64,000 bases of DNA from an uncultured bacterium (GCA_964589175.1 CAZPRY010000015.1:18530-82529), one strand, 5' to 3'; counted from the first letter of the stretch, positions 51,787-60,586 are shown. Translations and numbers: made by a program. The notes: generated by a model not told the origin, from the sequence alone.

Positions 51787-51910
51787 AATTTTATCGTTTT
51801 TTCATAATATTTCTTCATTGGAGTCGTTATATATCCCTGTTACTTCCCAATTTTTTAGATAATAAAAACATTTTATTTCTTTTATATTGCTTTGGTTCTT
51901 TGTTAAACTT

Positions 51911-51928
51911 GCAGGTAACCATTGGCTA
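51911..51928 (-). mobile_element. Cassette 5' core site / possible attI-like or secondary insertion site
   Basis: Minus strand TAGCCAATG-GTTACCTGC. The 9-mer GTTACCTGC is the exact complement of the inverse core of attC-1; no partner inverse core is seen within 140 bp upstream. Confidence 0.55.
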
Positions 51929-51939
51929 AACGCATTTCG

Positions 51940-52019
51940 TACCCGCCTGACCCCCGACTGGTCGGGGCGGGCAGGTATCCTTCCAATTTGGCACGATATA
52001 CGTCCCGAAATTTCGGGAC
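51940..52019. repeat. Two GC-rich palindromic elements (REP-like)
   Basis: CCCCGAC-tg-GTCGGGG inside TACCCGCCTGA...GGGCAGGTA (51940-51977) and the perfect 18-bp palindrome GTCCCGAAATTTCGGGAC (52002-52019). Confidence 0.6.
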
Positions 52020-52211
52020 ATTTATTTTTCTTATGGATGATGCCTTGCCGCATCGATGGGATTGACAATCTTTCCCAATTTTTGTTTGCTGAAAGGGGTC
52101 TATATTTCAGTCGCATTTCCTGCCGAACTGTCTCGAAAAAGGCAAACTGTAAAACGCTTACGTCCAAGCCCTGGCTTTTCACTGGGTCAACATCCTTGTA
52201 CATTTGTCTGA

Positions 52212-52241
52212 ACTTTACGCATAAAAAACGAATAATGTCAA
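52212..52241 (-). promoter_or_regulatory. Sigma-70-type promoter facing the cassette array (Pc-like)
   Basis: Minus strand TTGACA (52241-36), 18 nt, TAAAGT (52217-12). Confidence 0.5.
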
Positions 52242-52290
52242 TCAAAATCATTCTTTTTACGGACAATTCCGCATTTTCTTCAATTTCCTG

Positions 52291-52319
52291 TTGACAATTT
52301 CGCGCCCAGCCCTTATTAT
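52291..52319 (+). promoter_or_regulatory. Near-consensus sigma-70 promoter, divergent from the previous one
   Basis: TTGACA (52291-96), 17 nt, TATTAT (52314-19). Confidence 0.7.
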
Positions 52320-52520
52320 CTTAATGTACACATAAACGCATTGCAGTTCGCCCTGGCGGCTGCCGCTTTTTGTCATTGCTTTGACAGCTTCCCTTATGGG
52401 CCTTATAGACCCGACTATAGAATCCGGCGGCGCATAGGCGTAATCCGCCGGTAAATCTCTGGGAGTAAGTGTAACATGGTCGGCCGGAGAGCCCGGCCCG
52501 CCGCAACCAAGGAGGATATC

Positions 52521-53207
52521 ATGCCCGGCAATTTCAAGTTCTCTTACAAAGTGGTTGAAATGCTCATCGGTGCGCGCGCCCTGTGCGACATTTTCGGGGA
52601 GAACAGGGAACCGCTCGTCGCCGCACGCAGCACCTGGGTAGACCCGTTCATCGATAATTACCGCACCCGCATCGACACCGCCATGGAGCAATATCTGGGG
52701 CACGACTTCCGGAAACGGCTGCGTGACGTCTCCCTGGAAGTCCGCACTATCATGGGCCTCGTCCTTCCCAAACTCGCGCTCTTCAAGAGCCAGATCGAAT
52801 ACGATTATAGCGGCGCAGCCCTGAAAAACCTGCTGGATTCCCTGGGATATTCCCGTTTCTACAAATCCGTACAGAACAAGAACCAGGAAGCGACAATCCA
52901 GATGCTCTACCAGTTCAGACAGAATATGACCGATGAACTGAAGGCCGAACTGGTCGCCAAAGGCATGGCCGCCGACCTGATCGATGGTATTATCAGCCAG
53001 ATCGATGCGCTCAAAGAGGCCGATACTCTCCAGGAAAGCCTGAAAGCCTCCGGCAGCGGATTCCCCCGGGAAGCAGTGGACGAATTCAACGCTATTTACA
53101 AGGAGGCCATCGGCATCTGTAAAATCGCCCGCCAGGTCTTCCGGGCCAATCCCGAAAAACGGGCCCTTTTCACCTTTTCCCGGCTGGTCAAGCGGATGAG
53201 CGCCTGA
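52521..53207 (+). CDS. Hypothetical all-alpha protein
   Basis: Strong RBS AAGGAGG 5 nt before ATG 52521; GC-rich, coding-like codon usage; no recognisable catalytic motif and no tyrosine-recombinase R-H-R-Y pattern. Confidence 0.8.
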   Translation: MPGNFKFSYKVVEMLIGARALCDIFGENREPLVAARSTWVDPFIDNYRTRIDTAMEQYLGHDFRKRLRDVSLEVRTIMGLVLPKLALFKSQIEYDYSGAALKNLLDSLGYSRFYKSVQNKNQEATIQMLYQFRQNMTDELKAELVAKGMAADLIDGIISQIDALKEADTLQESLKASGSGFPREAVDEFNAIYKEAIGICKIARQVFRANPEKRALFTFSRLVKRMSA

Positions 53208-53300
53208 ACCGTTAGCCTTTATGTGGGCCGGACACCGGTTTCCGGCCAAAGGAAGGACATTCCGGGACCCGCTTACGAATTTTGCTAAACGGGATAGGGA

Positions 53301-53495
53301 TTCCGGCGACTCAGATTCTCATTCCGGAACTTAGATATGTTTTCCGGTAACTTGGCTGTGGATTCCGGAATATGGAAACGGATTTCGGTAACTTAGATAT
53401 GCTTTCCGGCAACCTGGATAGCGATTCCGGAACATGGAAATGCTTTCCGGCAATTCAGGTGTGGATTCCGAAACCCGGACGCCCATTTCGAAAGC
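53301..53495. repeat. Degenerate tandem repeat, 20-21 bp period, about 9-10 units, core TTCCGG(N)AAC
   Basis: Core G positions at 53305, 53326, 53346, 53367, 53387, 53408, 53429, 53449, 53470; linkers partly recur (TTAGATATG twice, ATGGAAA twice, GTGGA twice). Confidence 0.8.
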
Positions 53496-53557
53496 AAAGA
53501 AGCCGGTTCCGGGCATCGCAGACTGAAGTTTAAAAACCGGACCAAAGTGAATTTCGA

Positions 53558-53700
53558 TCAATTTTTGTACAAATTAGCCTTCCTGTAATTGTATCTAAAC
53601 TCCAGTTCTTTGAGGTACGAATAAAAGTGATTTCTGCTAACTTCATGACAACTTCTTAAATGGTCTAAACACATTGATAATGAGCAACTTTCGGTAATGC
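53558..53700 (-). pseudogene. IS1595-family (ISXO2-like) transposase C-terminal relic
   Basis: HEVSRNHFYSYLKELEFRYNYR matches the family's C-terminal HGVS..H...YL.E..FRYN.R motif; the upstream part is degenerate. Confidence 0.7.
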
Positions 53701-54560
53701 TCAAAATGTCAGGGTTGGTGCAGAAATTGAGTGTTTTGAATAGCAAGGTACCGGAAAGCGGGTGACTATTAGGGGGAATAATAAATGGGATTACGTAGAG
53801 AGCATATATAGCAAAGCAGTTCTTTACAAGGAATCTAAGGAGTGCCCTTTAGCATATCGAATCTTTTTAGAAGACTATTTTTTCGTTCTATAGTATAGTC
53901 TTAAATGCGTTTGCACATATAAAGATTCAATGGCTGAGCCTATCAAGGTAATTGCTGATCCTTTAGCAAAGCGCAGGTGTCCCTGCTGCATGAGCAATAG
54001 ATGGAAATGGATTGAGACTGGTCATCGTCATTACTTTCGATTTTCTGGACCACGGCGTATAAGGCGATCTTGATACCATCCTGGTACGATTAATGTAGCA
54101 AAATCGCATGTTTTCTGATAGCCCCTGAATGTCATCCCGGCAGATAAACAATTTTAGGCCGATCGAGGTTTTTTCCGAATGGCAATCGTCAATAATAATC
54201 AGCCAATAAAAGAGAAAAATCCCAATCTTATCGGGTACAATTGCGACAAGTATTCTTATTAATATCGTTTAAAAATAGTATTTGCGAGTGCTTGGAGCAG
54301 TGCTATTAGTGTATCTGCAGGTTGCGATTGATAGGCTAATATGATATCTGTCTTATTCGCTGTGACCGTAGTTGCTGAACATATCCCGAGGAACATAGGT
54401 TGCGGAATATTGCTTAAAAAATTATCGTCTTATTGCCGAGCCAGAAGACAAACCAGATGAATTGCTTAACATGTTGTAATATATGGGGAAATAGCATTTG
54501 ATTCTATTAGATCCAGACCTTTTAAGACGGGAAAAACCAGAAATAAAATGCCATTTGTAC

Positions 54561-54589
54561 TTGACATTTGGAAAAATTATGTATAAAAT
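54561..54589 (+). promoter_or_regulatory. Sigma-70 promoter of the LacI-family gene
   Basis: TTGACA (54561-66), 17 nt, TAAAAT (54584-89). Confidence 0.7.
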
Positions 54590-54627
54590 GCAATCGTTTG
54601 CAGGAAACGTTTGCGGTAAACGTTTGT
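54589..54627. promoter_or_regulatory. Three tandem LacI-type operators
   Basis: TGCAATCGTTTGCA, GGAAACGTTTGC, GTAAACGTTTGT; central CG at 54595, 54608 and 54621 (13-bp spacing). Confidence 0.75.
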
Positions 54628-54663
54628 ACTGATTCGAATACTCGGAATAAAAGTGTCGATAAA

Positions 54664-55674
54664 ATGAAAAGTTCGCAGGTAACCATTAAAGATATTGCCG
54701 AAAAGCTGGGTATCTCAGCTTCGACGGTATCAAGAGCGTTGCGAGACCATCCCGATATCAGCCTTTCTACGAAAAAAATCGTCCACTCAGTCGCGGAAGA
54801 GCTGGATTATCATCCGGATTCTATCGCCCAGAGCTTAAAGCACCGAAAAACGAACCTGATTGGCGTCATCGTTCCCGAAATCAAACATAATTTTTTCTCG
54901 GCCGCGATCAGCGGAATTGAAGATGTTGCCTATAGCGCCGGTTACGCGATCATCGTGTCTCAATCAAACGAAAGTTATGAAAGAGAGTGTCTGAATATCA
55001 GTGCTTTAATATCGAATCGCGTTGCCGGATTACTCATCTCAATCTCAGAAACAACCACAAACGACGATCAATTCCGGCTTTTGGAACGTCAGGGAATCCC
55101 CTTTGTTTTTTTCGATCGGGTTTGCGAAAATATTGATTCTAGCAAAGTTGTTGTGGATGATTTCGGTGGAGCGTTTAAGGCCGTTGAGTACCTGATACTG
55201 TCAGGATACAAAAGAATCGCTCATTTCGCAGGCCCGAAACATTTATCCATCAGTCAACAACGGCTTGAAGGTTATCGGGCCGCTCTGAAAAAACACAAGA
55301 TTCCGTTCGATGGCCGGCTTGTCATCTACAGTGGGTTGAACGAAGAAGACGGGTACACCAGCTTTTCCCAACTTCTTGAGTTAGATCAACTGCCGGATGC
55401 CCTTTTCGCCGTTAACGATCCGGTTGCCATCGGGGCATTTGAAAATATCAGAAAACACGGCTTGAAAATCCCTGAAAATATTGCACTCGTTGGTTTTTCC
55501 AATAATCCCGTTTCCGAATTAATTGAACCTGCCCTGACCACCATAGAACAGTCCCCTTATCAGGTAGGGAAAATAGCGGCTCAGTTATTGATCGAACAGA
55601 TCAGCAATCCTGAAAATTTTATACCAAGGAAAGAGATACTAAGAACCGAACTGATTATTCGTGATTCTACGTAA
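54664..55674 (+). CDS. LacI family transcriptional regulator
   Basis: VTIKDIAEKLGISASTVSRAL HTH, IGVIVPE, FVFFDR, RIAHFAG, PDALFAVND, LVGFS, LTTIEQ, LIIRDS. Start set at ATG 54664. Confidence 0.96.
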   Translation: MKSSQVTIKDIAEKLGISASTVSRALRDHPDISLSTKKIVHSVAEELDYHPDSIAQSLKHRKTNLIGVIVPEIKHNFFSAAISGIEDVAYSAGYAIIVSQSNESYERECLNISALISNRVAGLLISISETTTNDDQFRLLERQGIPFVFFDRVCENIDSSKVVVDDFGGAFKAVEYLILSGYKRIAHFAGPKHLSISQQRLEGYRAALKKHKIPFDGRLVIYSGLNEEDGYTSFSQLLELDQLPDALFAVNDPVAIGAFENIRKHGLKIPENIALVGFSNNPVSELIEPALTTIEQSPYQVGKIAAQLLIEQISNPENFIPRKEILRTELIIRDST

Positions 55675-55884
55675 CAGGTTTTTAGAGAAAAAAAGGATAA
55701 GGAGAATGTTTCGGACCAGAAAGAGGATTTTACCGTTATGAAAGTCAATTTATTCGATCTATTTCCTGATATCGAGCTTGGGTGAATGAAACCGGGTTAA
55801 TTCCATTCGGTGCAGCAAAGGAAGTCTATTGCATAATTTAGCCAGGGAAGAAAACCGATGAGAAATACACGAAAATGCAAATTA

Positions 55885-55898
55885 TGCGAACATTCGCT
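55885..55898. promoter_or_regulatory. Possible LacI-type operator upstream of the catabolic operon
   Basis: TGCGAACATTCGCT, a one-mismatch palindrome resembling the sites at 54589-54627. Confidence 0.4.
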
Positions 55899-56009
55899 TT
55901 GGGATGAGAAATAGGAGAAGGCAGTGTATGATCTCGGATTTCTTCTACATCACTATAAGGATGTTTGGGTGTGAGGGATACTTAACAGATTACAAAGGGA
56001 GGCAAACCT

Positions 56010-58001
56010 ATGCTTTTCAGAAAAAGCAGGTTATTTCTTATTACAGTCCATATAATATTTACTCTTTTGATGAGCGGGCTGGCTCAGGAGAAGACTGTAC
56101 TGCAAACTCAACCGGATAATGAACTTCGAACCTATCCATCCTATGCACTTTTCGAAAGATTGATGCAAGTGCCCGGGCAAATCGCCGTCCGTCAATTTTC
56201 CAGTCATAACAAAAAAGGTATGAACAGTGATGAAAATTGGCCAGTTTACACAGATCCAAACGGAGATGAAGTTATTTTCGATGCGACCGGTCCCGGTTGT
56301 ATCCGGAGCATGTGGGCAACCTATCTTGATTCATCTGCGATTGTCAAATTTTATTTTGATGGTGAAAAAAAGCCACGCTACAGTATGAATTATATCGACT
56401 TTTATAAAGGGGAAAATGAAGGTTTTCCCACTCCACTTATTTCTTTTGAAAAACGGGGAACATGCTGTATCGAGGAACCTAATGCCGGCAATAATTTTAT
56501 CCCGATCCCTTATGAGAAATCATTAAAAATAGCCATTCAGGGACTGTCCCGGTTTTTCCATATAATCTATGAGGAATACCCGTATAAAACGCCCATAAAG
56601 ACATTTTCCGGTGCTGAAGATCTTTCGGCTTTAGAAGACTGTTTTAAACGATTTGGAGATGCTCCGCTGGATTCTGAGGGTTTGGATGTTTATGAAACCA
56701 CGCAGGAAGAAATCGCACCCCTGCAAGCGATTCCTCTTTTGAACTTGGAAAACACTGCCGGCATTATCCGCGAAATCGATATTGAGGCGGACGGCTCGGT
56801 GGAATTTTTTCGGGAAGCACGCATTCGCATGCGCTGGGATGGGCACTCACGCCGCGATGTGCTGGCGCCTATCGGGATCTTTTTCGGATCTGCCGTTGAG
56901 GCGGATGATATGCGTTCGCTGCCGCTGCGGGTAGAGAAACTTGAAAGCGGACGGGTACGACTGAGGTGTTACTTCCCGATGCCGTTCTGGGAAAAGGCCG
57001 AGATTGATCTGGTGAATTTATCCCGGCAACACAAGGGCCCGCTCAATGTGAAAATCTATGTCAGCCCCAATCCGCTTGAAAAATCTACGGGAACCTATTT
57101 CACGACCCTCTATCACGAGGGTGAAACGGTCTATGGCCATGATTGGTTGTTATTTGAAGGCAGCGGTTCGGGATGGTTTGTCGGGGTGGTTCAGTCGATG
57201 CAATATGAGCATTATTGTGAAGGGGATGAGCGCTTCTACATCGATGGCGCCATATCGCCTCAGATTAACGGAACCGGTACTGAGGATTACTATCTGGCCT
57301 GTTTCTGGTCGAATGTTGATTTTGATATGCCGTTCGGTTGCGTCGTCGGAGACATATTGAAAAAAGGCGGCGGTGATTGGCGGGGTACGTACTATGTTCC
57401 CAGCTGTTATAGCCGCTTTCACCTGGAGGCGCCCATTCCTTTTCATTCGTCCATCAATGCCCGTATCCAGCACGGAGGACTTAGCAATATCCGATCCGAC
57501 TACCGCAGTCTTGCTTTCTGCTATCTGAATAAACAGGAAATGATCCGACAAACCGACTTTATTGACGTCGGTAACGCGGCAAGCGAAAAAACGCATGCCT
57601 ACCGGGCGACAAACCAGGGCGATATCCGTAGCCTGGAAGCCTTCCCCGAAGGAGAATATTTCGAAACGTTGGTGAGGGACGATGGGCGCTATCATCAAAA
57701 AGGAGCGATTACTTTCAAAGTTGCCATCGATCCCGAAAATCAAGGCGTACGGCTGCGCAGGCGAATCGATCAATCTATACCATGCCAAAAAGCGCAGGTC
57801 TATGTCGATGGAAAGTATGCCGGTTGCTGGTACTACGGCTACCAAAATGAATATCTCCGCTGGTTTGATCTGGACTTCGCGATTCACCCGGATTTGACGC
57901 GGGGAAAGAATGCTCTCGAAGTAAAACTCGTACTGGAACCGGGTGAGGGCGTAGATACATTCACCGATTTTTGGTATGGCGTTTATTGCTACAGATTTTA
58001 A
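56010..58001 (+). CDS. DUF2961 / GH172-like glycoside hydrolase no. 2
   Basis: Signal peptide; GPGCIRSMW, APIGIFFG, GWFVG, CEGDERFYIDG..SP..NGTGTEDYY, SRFHLEAPIPF. Confidence 0.85.
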   Translation: MLFRKSRLFLITVHIIFTLLMSGLAQEKTVLQTQPDNELRTYPSYALFERLMQVPGQIAVRQFSSHNKKGMNSDENWPVYTDPNGDEVIFDATGPGCIRSMWATYLDSSAIVKFYFDGEKKPRYSMNYIDFYKGENEGFPTPLISFEKRGTCCIEEPNAGNNFIPIPYEKSLKIAIQGLSRFFHIIYEEYPYKTPIKTFSGAEDLSALEDCFKRFGDAPLDSEGLDVYETTQEEIAPLQAIPLLNLENTAGIIREIDIEADGSVEFFREARIRMRWDGHSRRDVLAPIGIFFGSAVEADDMRSLPLRVEKLESGRVRLRCYFPMPFWEKAEIDLVNLSRQHKGPLNVKIYVSPNPLEKSTGTYFTTLYHEGETVYGHDWLLFEGSGSGWFVGVVQSMQYEHYCEGDERFYIDGAISPQINGTGTEDYYLACFWSNVDFDMPFGCVVGDILKKGGGDWRGTYYVPSCYSRFHLEAPIPFHSSINARIQHGGLSNIRSDYRSLAFCYLNKQEMIRQTDFIDVGNAASEKTHAYRATNQGDIRSLEAFPEGEYFETLVRDDGRYHQKGAITFKVAIDPENQGVRLRRRIDQSIPCQKAQVYVDGKYAGCWYYGYQNEYLRWFDLDFAIHPDLTRGKNALEVKLVLEPGEGVDTFTDFWYGVYCYRF

Positions 58002-58097
58002 TGGACATGTTGATAAATCAGGGCAAAGCATTTTGTCTGTAACTTCGAACAGAGAGAACATCCATGGAAATCAGAATAAACGGGATCGACATACAGT

Positions 58098-59021
58098 ATG
58101 AATAAACTTTTCATCAATCTCGTTGCCGTCTGCATTTTTATCAGCATGCTGGAGGCCAAAGAGTACAAAGTGTACTACCTGGGCGGGCAATCCAACATGG
58201 AAGGCCTGGGGCGTGTCGAAGAATTGCCGAATGATCTGCCCTCTGCCGTAAAGGATGTAATGATTTTTCACGGTAATAGTGCCGCAGATGATTCGCCTGT
58301 GGACGGCCGGGGCTTATGGTCACAACTTTCGCCCGGACACGGTGATGGCTTTCATACTGATGGGATCAGGAATCTGTACACGGATAGATTTGGGATTGAA
58401 TTGACCTTTGCGCAGAAGATAAAGGAACTGACGCCGGAATATCCGATCGCGCTGATCAAATATTCTCGCGGAGCTACCTCGCTTTCTGAAGAAGCTGCCG
58501 GATCTGCCGGCTGCTGGGCGCCTGATTACCGTGGTTGTGATGGAATCAATCAATACGATCATTTTCTTGCGACGCTCAGGAATGCATTCTCTGTCAGAGA
58601 TATTGATTCTGACGGGGAAGAGGATGTGCTTATTCCCGCCGGAATTATTTGGATGCAGGGTGAGAGCGATGCCTCTTTTACGGAGGAAATTGCCGGTCGT
58701 TATGAGCAAAATCTGAAACGACTGATGGATTTGATCAGAGCTGCCTTGCGCGTCGATGATCTGCCGGTAGTGATAGGACTGATTACCGATTCGGGTCAGT
58801 ATGATGACGGTAAAGTGTGGGATTACGGAGAAATTGTACAGAAGGCCCAGGCATCCTACGTCGAACAGGATTGCTGTGCGGCTCTGGTTACCAGCACGAA
58901 GAATTATAGCTATTCGGATCCTTGGCATTATGACAGTCAAGGTTTTCTTGATTTGGGTCTCGAGTTTGCCAAAGAGGTGGTTCAACTCCAAAAACGCGCC
59001 GATAAGAAATTTAGCAATTAG
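58098..59021 (+). CDS. SGNH sialate-O-acetylesterase-like (SASA/CE6-like) esterase
   Basis: GGQSNMEG, IIWMQGESDA, DPWHY (DxxH); signal peptide. Confidence 0.88.
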   Translation: MNKLFINLVAVCIFISMLEAKEYKVYYLGGQSNMEGLGRVEELPNDLPSAVKDVMIFHGNSAADDSPVDGRGLWSQLSPGHGDGFHTDGIRNLYTDRFGIELTFAQKIKELTPEYPIALIKYSRGATSLSEEAAGSAGCWAPDYRGCDGINQYDHFLATLRNAFSVRDIDSDGEEDVLIPAGIIWMQGESDASFTEEIAGRYEQNLKRLMDLIRAALRVDDLPVVIGLITDSGQYDDGKVWDYGEIVQKAQASYVEQDCCAALVTSTKNYSYSDPWHYDSQGFLDLGLEFAKEVVQLQKRADKKFSN

Positions 59022-59035
59022 AAGGCGAAAGAACG

Positions 59036-60583
59036 ATGCAGCATGATGTTTACGTTTTGGGTATCGATTCGGGTACACAGAGCCTGCGCGCAGGGATTTT
59101 TGATTTACAGGGCAATCCGGTCATTTTCGCAACCAAAGAATACTCCATTTCCCACGCTCAGGTAGGCTGGGCTGAGCAGTCGGCGAACGACTGGTGGGAA
59201 GCTGCGAAAATCACGGTTAATGAATGCATGCAAAAATCCCGGATCGATCCCGAAAAAATTGTGGGAATGAGTGTCGACGGCACATCCTGCACAGTTCTTC
59301 CGGTTGACCGGCAGGGGAATCCGCTGCGGAATGCATTTCTTTGGATGGACATCCGGGCCCATAAAGAGGCGGAATTGGTAAACGCTACCGGCCATCCGAT
59401 TTTGAAGTACGTCGGTGGCCAGGAATCTCCTGAATGGATGATTCCGAAAGCATTATGGCTCAAAAAGAATGAGCCCGATATTTATAAATCAGCCTTTCGA
59501 ATCATCGAAAGTACCGATTGGCTTATGTTTAAACTAACCGGGCGCTGGACTGCTTCGAAGTGTAATGTCACCTGCAAATGGAATTATGCCTCTCCCGAAG
59601 GCGGCTGGGCCGATGATTTTTTGAAGGAAGTCGGTTTGGAGGATATCAGGGAAAAGTGGCCGACGGACGTATTGAATATGGGCGATTATGCCGGGGAACT
59701 TACGGAACAAACCGCCAAAGAGTTGGGGCTGAAAAAAGGTACCATCGTTGCTCAAGGTGGCATCGACGCCTATGCCGGGATGCTGGGTTTGGCTACGGTC
59801 AAGCCGGGACGCCTGGCTCTCGTGATTGGAACCTCTACATGTCATATGGCCTTTTCGGATAAACCGATCTGGGATTCCGGTGTCTGGGGTCCGTACCCTG
59901 ACGCAATCCTTCCGAATTCATGGGTGCTGGAGGGTGGGCAGACGGCGACCGGTTCTATCGTTCAGTGGTTCATCGATAATTTCGCCTATAAAGAGAAATT
60001 TGAAGCCGAAGCAAAAGGAATCAATATATATCAATTACTTGATCAAAAAGCGGCGGAAGTCGGAATCGGCGCTGAAGGATTGGTGCTGCTGGATTATTGG
60101 CAAGGGAACCGGACTCCGATAAGAGACTCATTGTTAAGGGGCGCTATCTGGGGGCTTAGCCTGAAGCATACCGGCGGACATATTTTCCGGTCCATTTATG
60201 AGGGAACTGCCTTCGGCACCAGGGATATACTTGAGAATCTTGACCAGCATGGATTTAAGGCCCGGCAGATCTATGCCTGCGGAGGAGGAGCCAAGAGCGA
60301 TCTCTGGTTACAGATTCACGCCGACGTATGCAACGTGCCGATCTACCTGACCAAAGTCTCGGAAGCCGTTGCCTTAGGAACAGCTATCTGCGCGGCGGTA
60401 GGCGCCGGGAAATTTACGAATTTGGTTGAAGCTGCGGAATCCATGGTCCAGATATCGAAGAAAATCGAACCCAATCCCGACAATCAAAAGGCGTACGATT
60501 TCTATTTTGATAAATACAAAAGGACCTATCCAGGCCTGAAAGATTTAATGCATGAAGTAACTCAAAAAGTGGAATCGATGTAA
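59036..60583 (+). CDS. FGGY family pentulose kinase (ribulokinase-like)
   Basis: LGIDSGTQSLRAG, WAEQ...DWW, WMDIRA, IDAYAG, GTSTC, EGGQTATG, DYWQGNRTP, GGGAKS..W.QIHADV. Confidence 0.9.
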   Translation: MQHDVYVLGIDSGTQSLRAGIFDLQGNPVIFATKEYSISHAQVGWAEQSANDWWEAAKITVNECMQKSRIDPEKIVGMSVDGTSCTVLPVDRQGNPLRNAFLWMDIRAHKEAELVNATGHPILKYVGGQESPEWMIPKALWLKKNEPDIYKSAFRIIESTDWLMFKLTGRWTASKCNVTCKWNYASPEGGWADDFLKEVGLEDIREKWPTDVLNMGDYAGELTEQTAKELGLKKGTIVAQGGIDAYAGMLGLATVKPGRLALVIGTSTCHMAFSDKPIWDSGVWGPYPDAILPNSWVLEGGQTATGSIVQWFIDNFAYKEKFEAEAKGINIYQLLDQKAAEVGIGAEGLVLLDYWQGNRTPIRDSLLRGAIWGLSLKHTGGHIFRSIYEGTAFGTRDILENLDQHGFKARQIYACGGGAKSDLWLQIHADVCNVPIYLTKVSEAVALGTAICAAVGAGKFTNLVEAAESMVQISKKIEPNPDNQKAYDFYFDKYKRTYPGLKDLMHEVTQKVESM

Positions 60584-60586
60584 AAG

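Noticed and set aside
51768-51822. Short peptide MKKYYEKTIKLCRIAINK overlapping the rSAM start as a precursor
   Set aside because: No RBS, no leader/core structure, and it overlaps the rSAM in another frame. No credible precursor was found within the cassette.
52120-52200. c-di-GMP-I riboswitch (GGCAAAC present at 52141)
   Set aside because: No GNRA-capped P2 stem or GGACGCAAAG element follows, and no promoter is oriented appropriately.
51802-52266. 154-aa minus-strand ORF as a gene or RiPP precursor for the rSAM
   Set aside because: It spans the promoter, the palindromes and the cassette boundary, has no RBS or recognisable motif, and looks like a chance ORF.
52521-53207. Integron integrase at the expected divergent position
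   Set aside because: Too short, predicted all-helical, and no R...HxxR...Y tyrosine-recombinase residues pattern.
53301-53495. CRISPR array
   Set aside because: The conserved core is only 6-10 bp, the period is 20-21 bp, linkers recur instead of being unique spacers, and there are no cas genes.
46721-53711. Exact 15-mer ATGCTCAAAATGTCA at 46721-35 and 53697-711
   Set aside because: A few 15-mer matches are expected by chance in 64 kb, and the match does not bound a coherent unit or look like a target-site duplication.
53760-54540. Intact gene or ncRNA in the long spacer (including the 62-aa ORF 53963-54151)
   Set aside because: Frequent stops in all frames and no recognisable motif or stable conserved structure.
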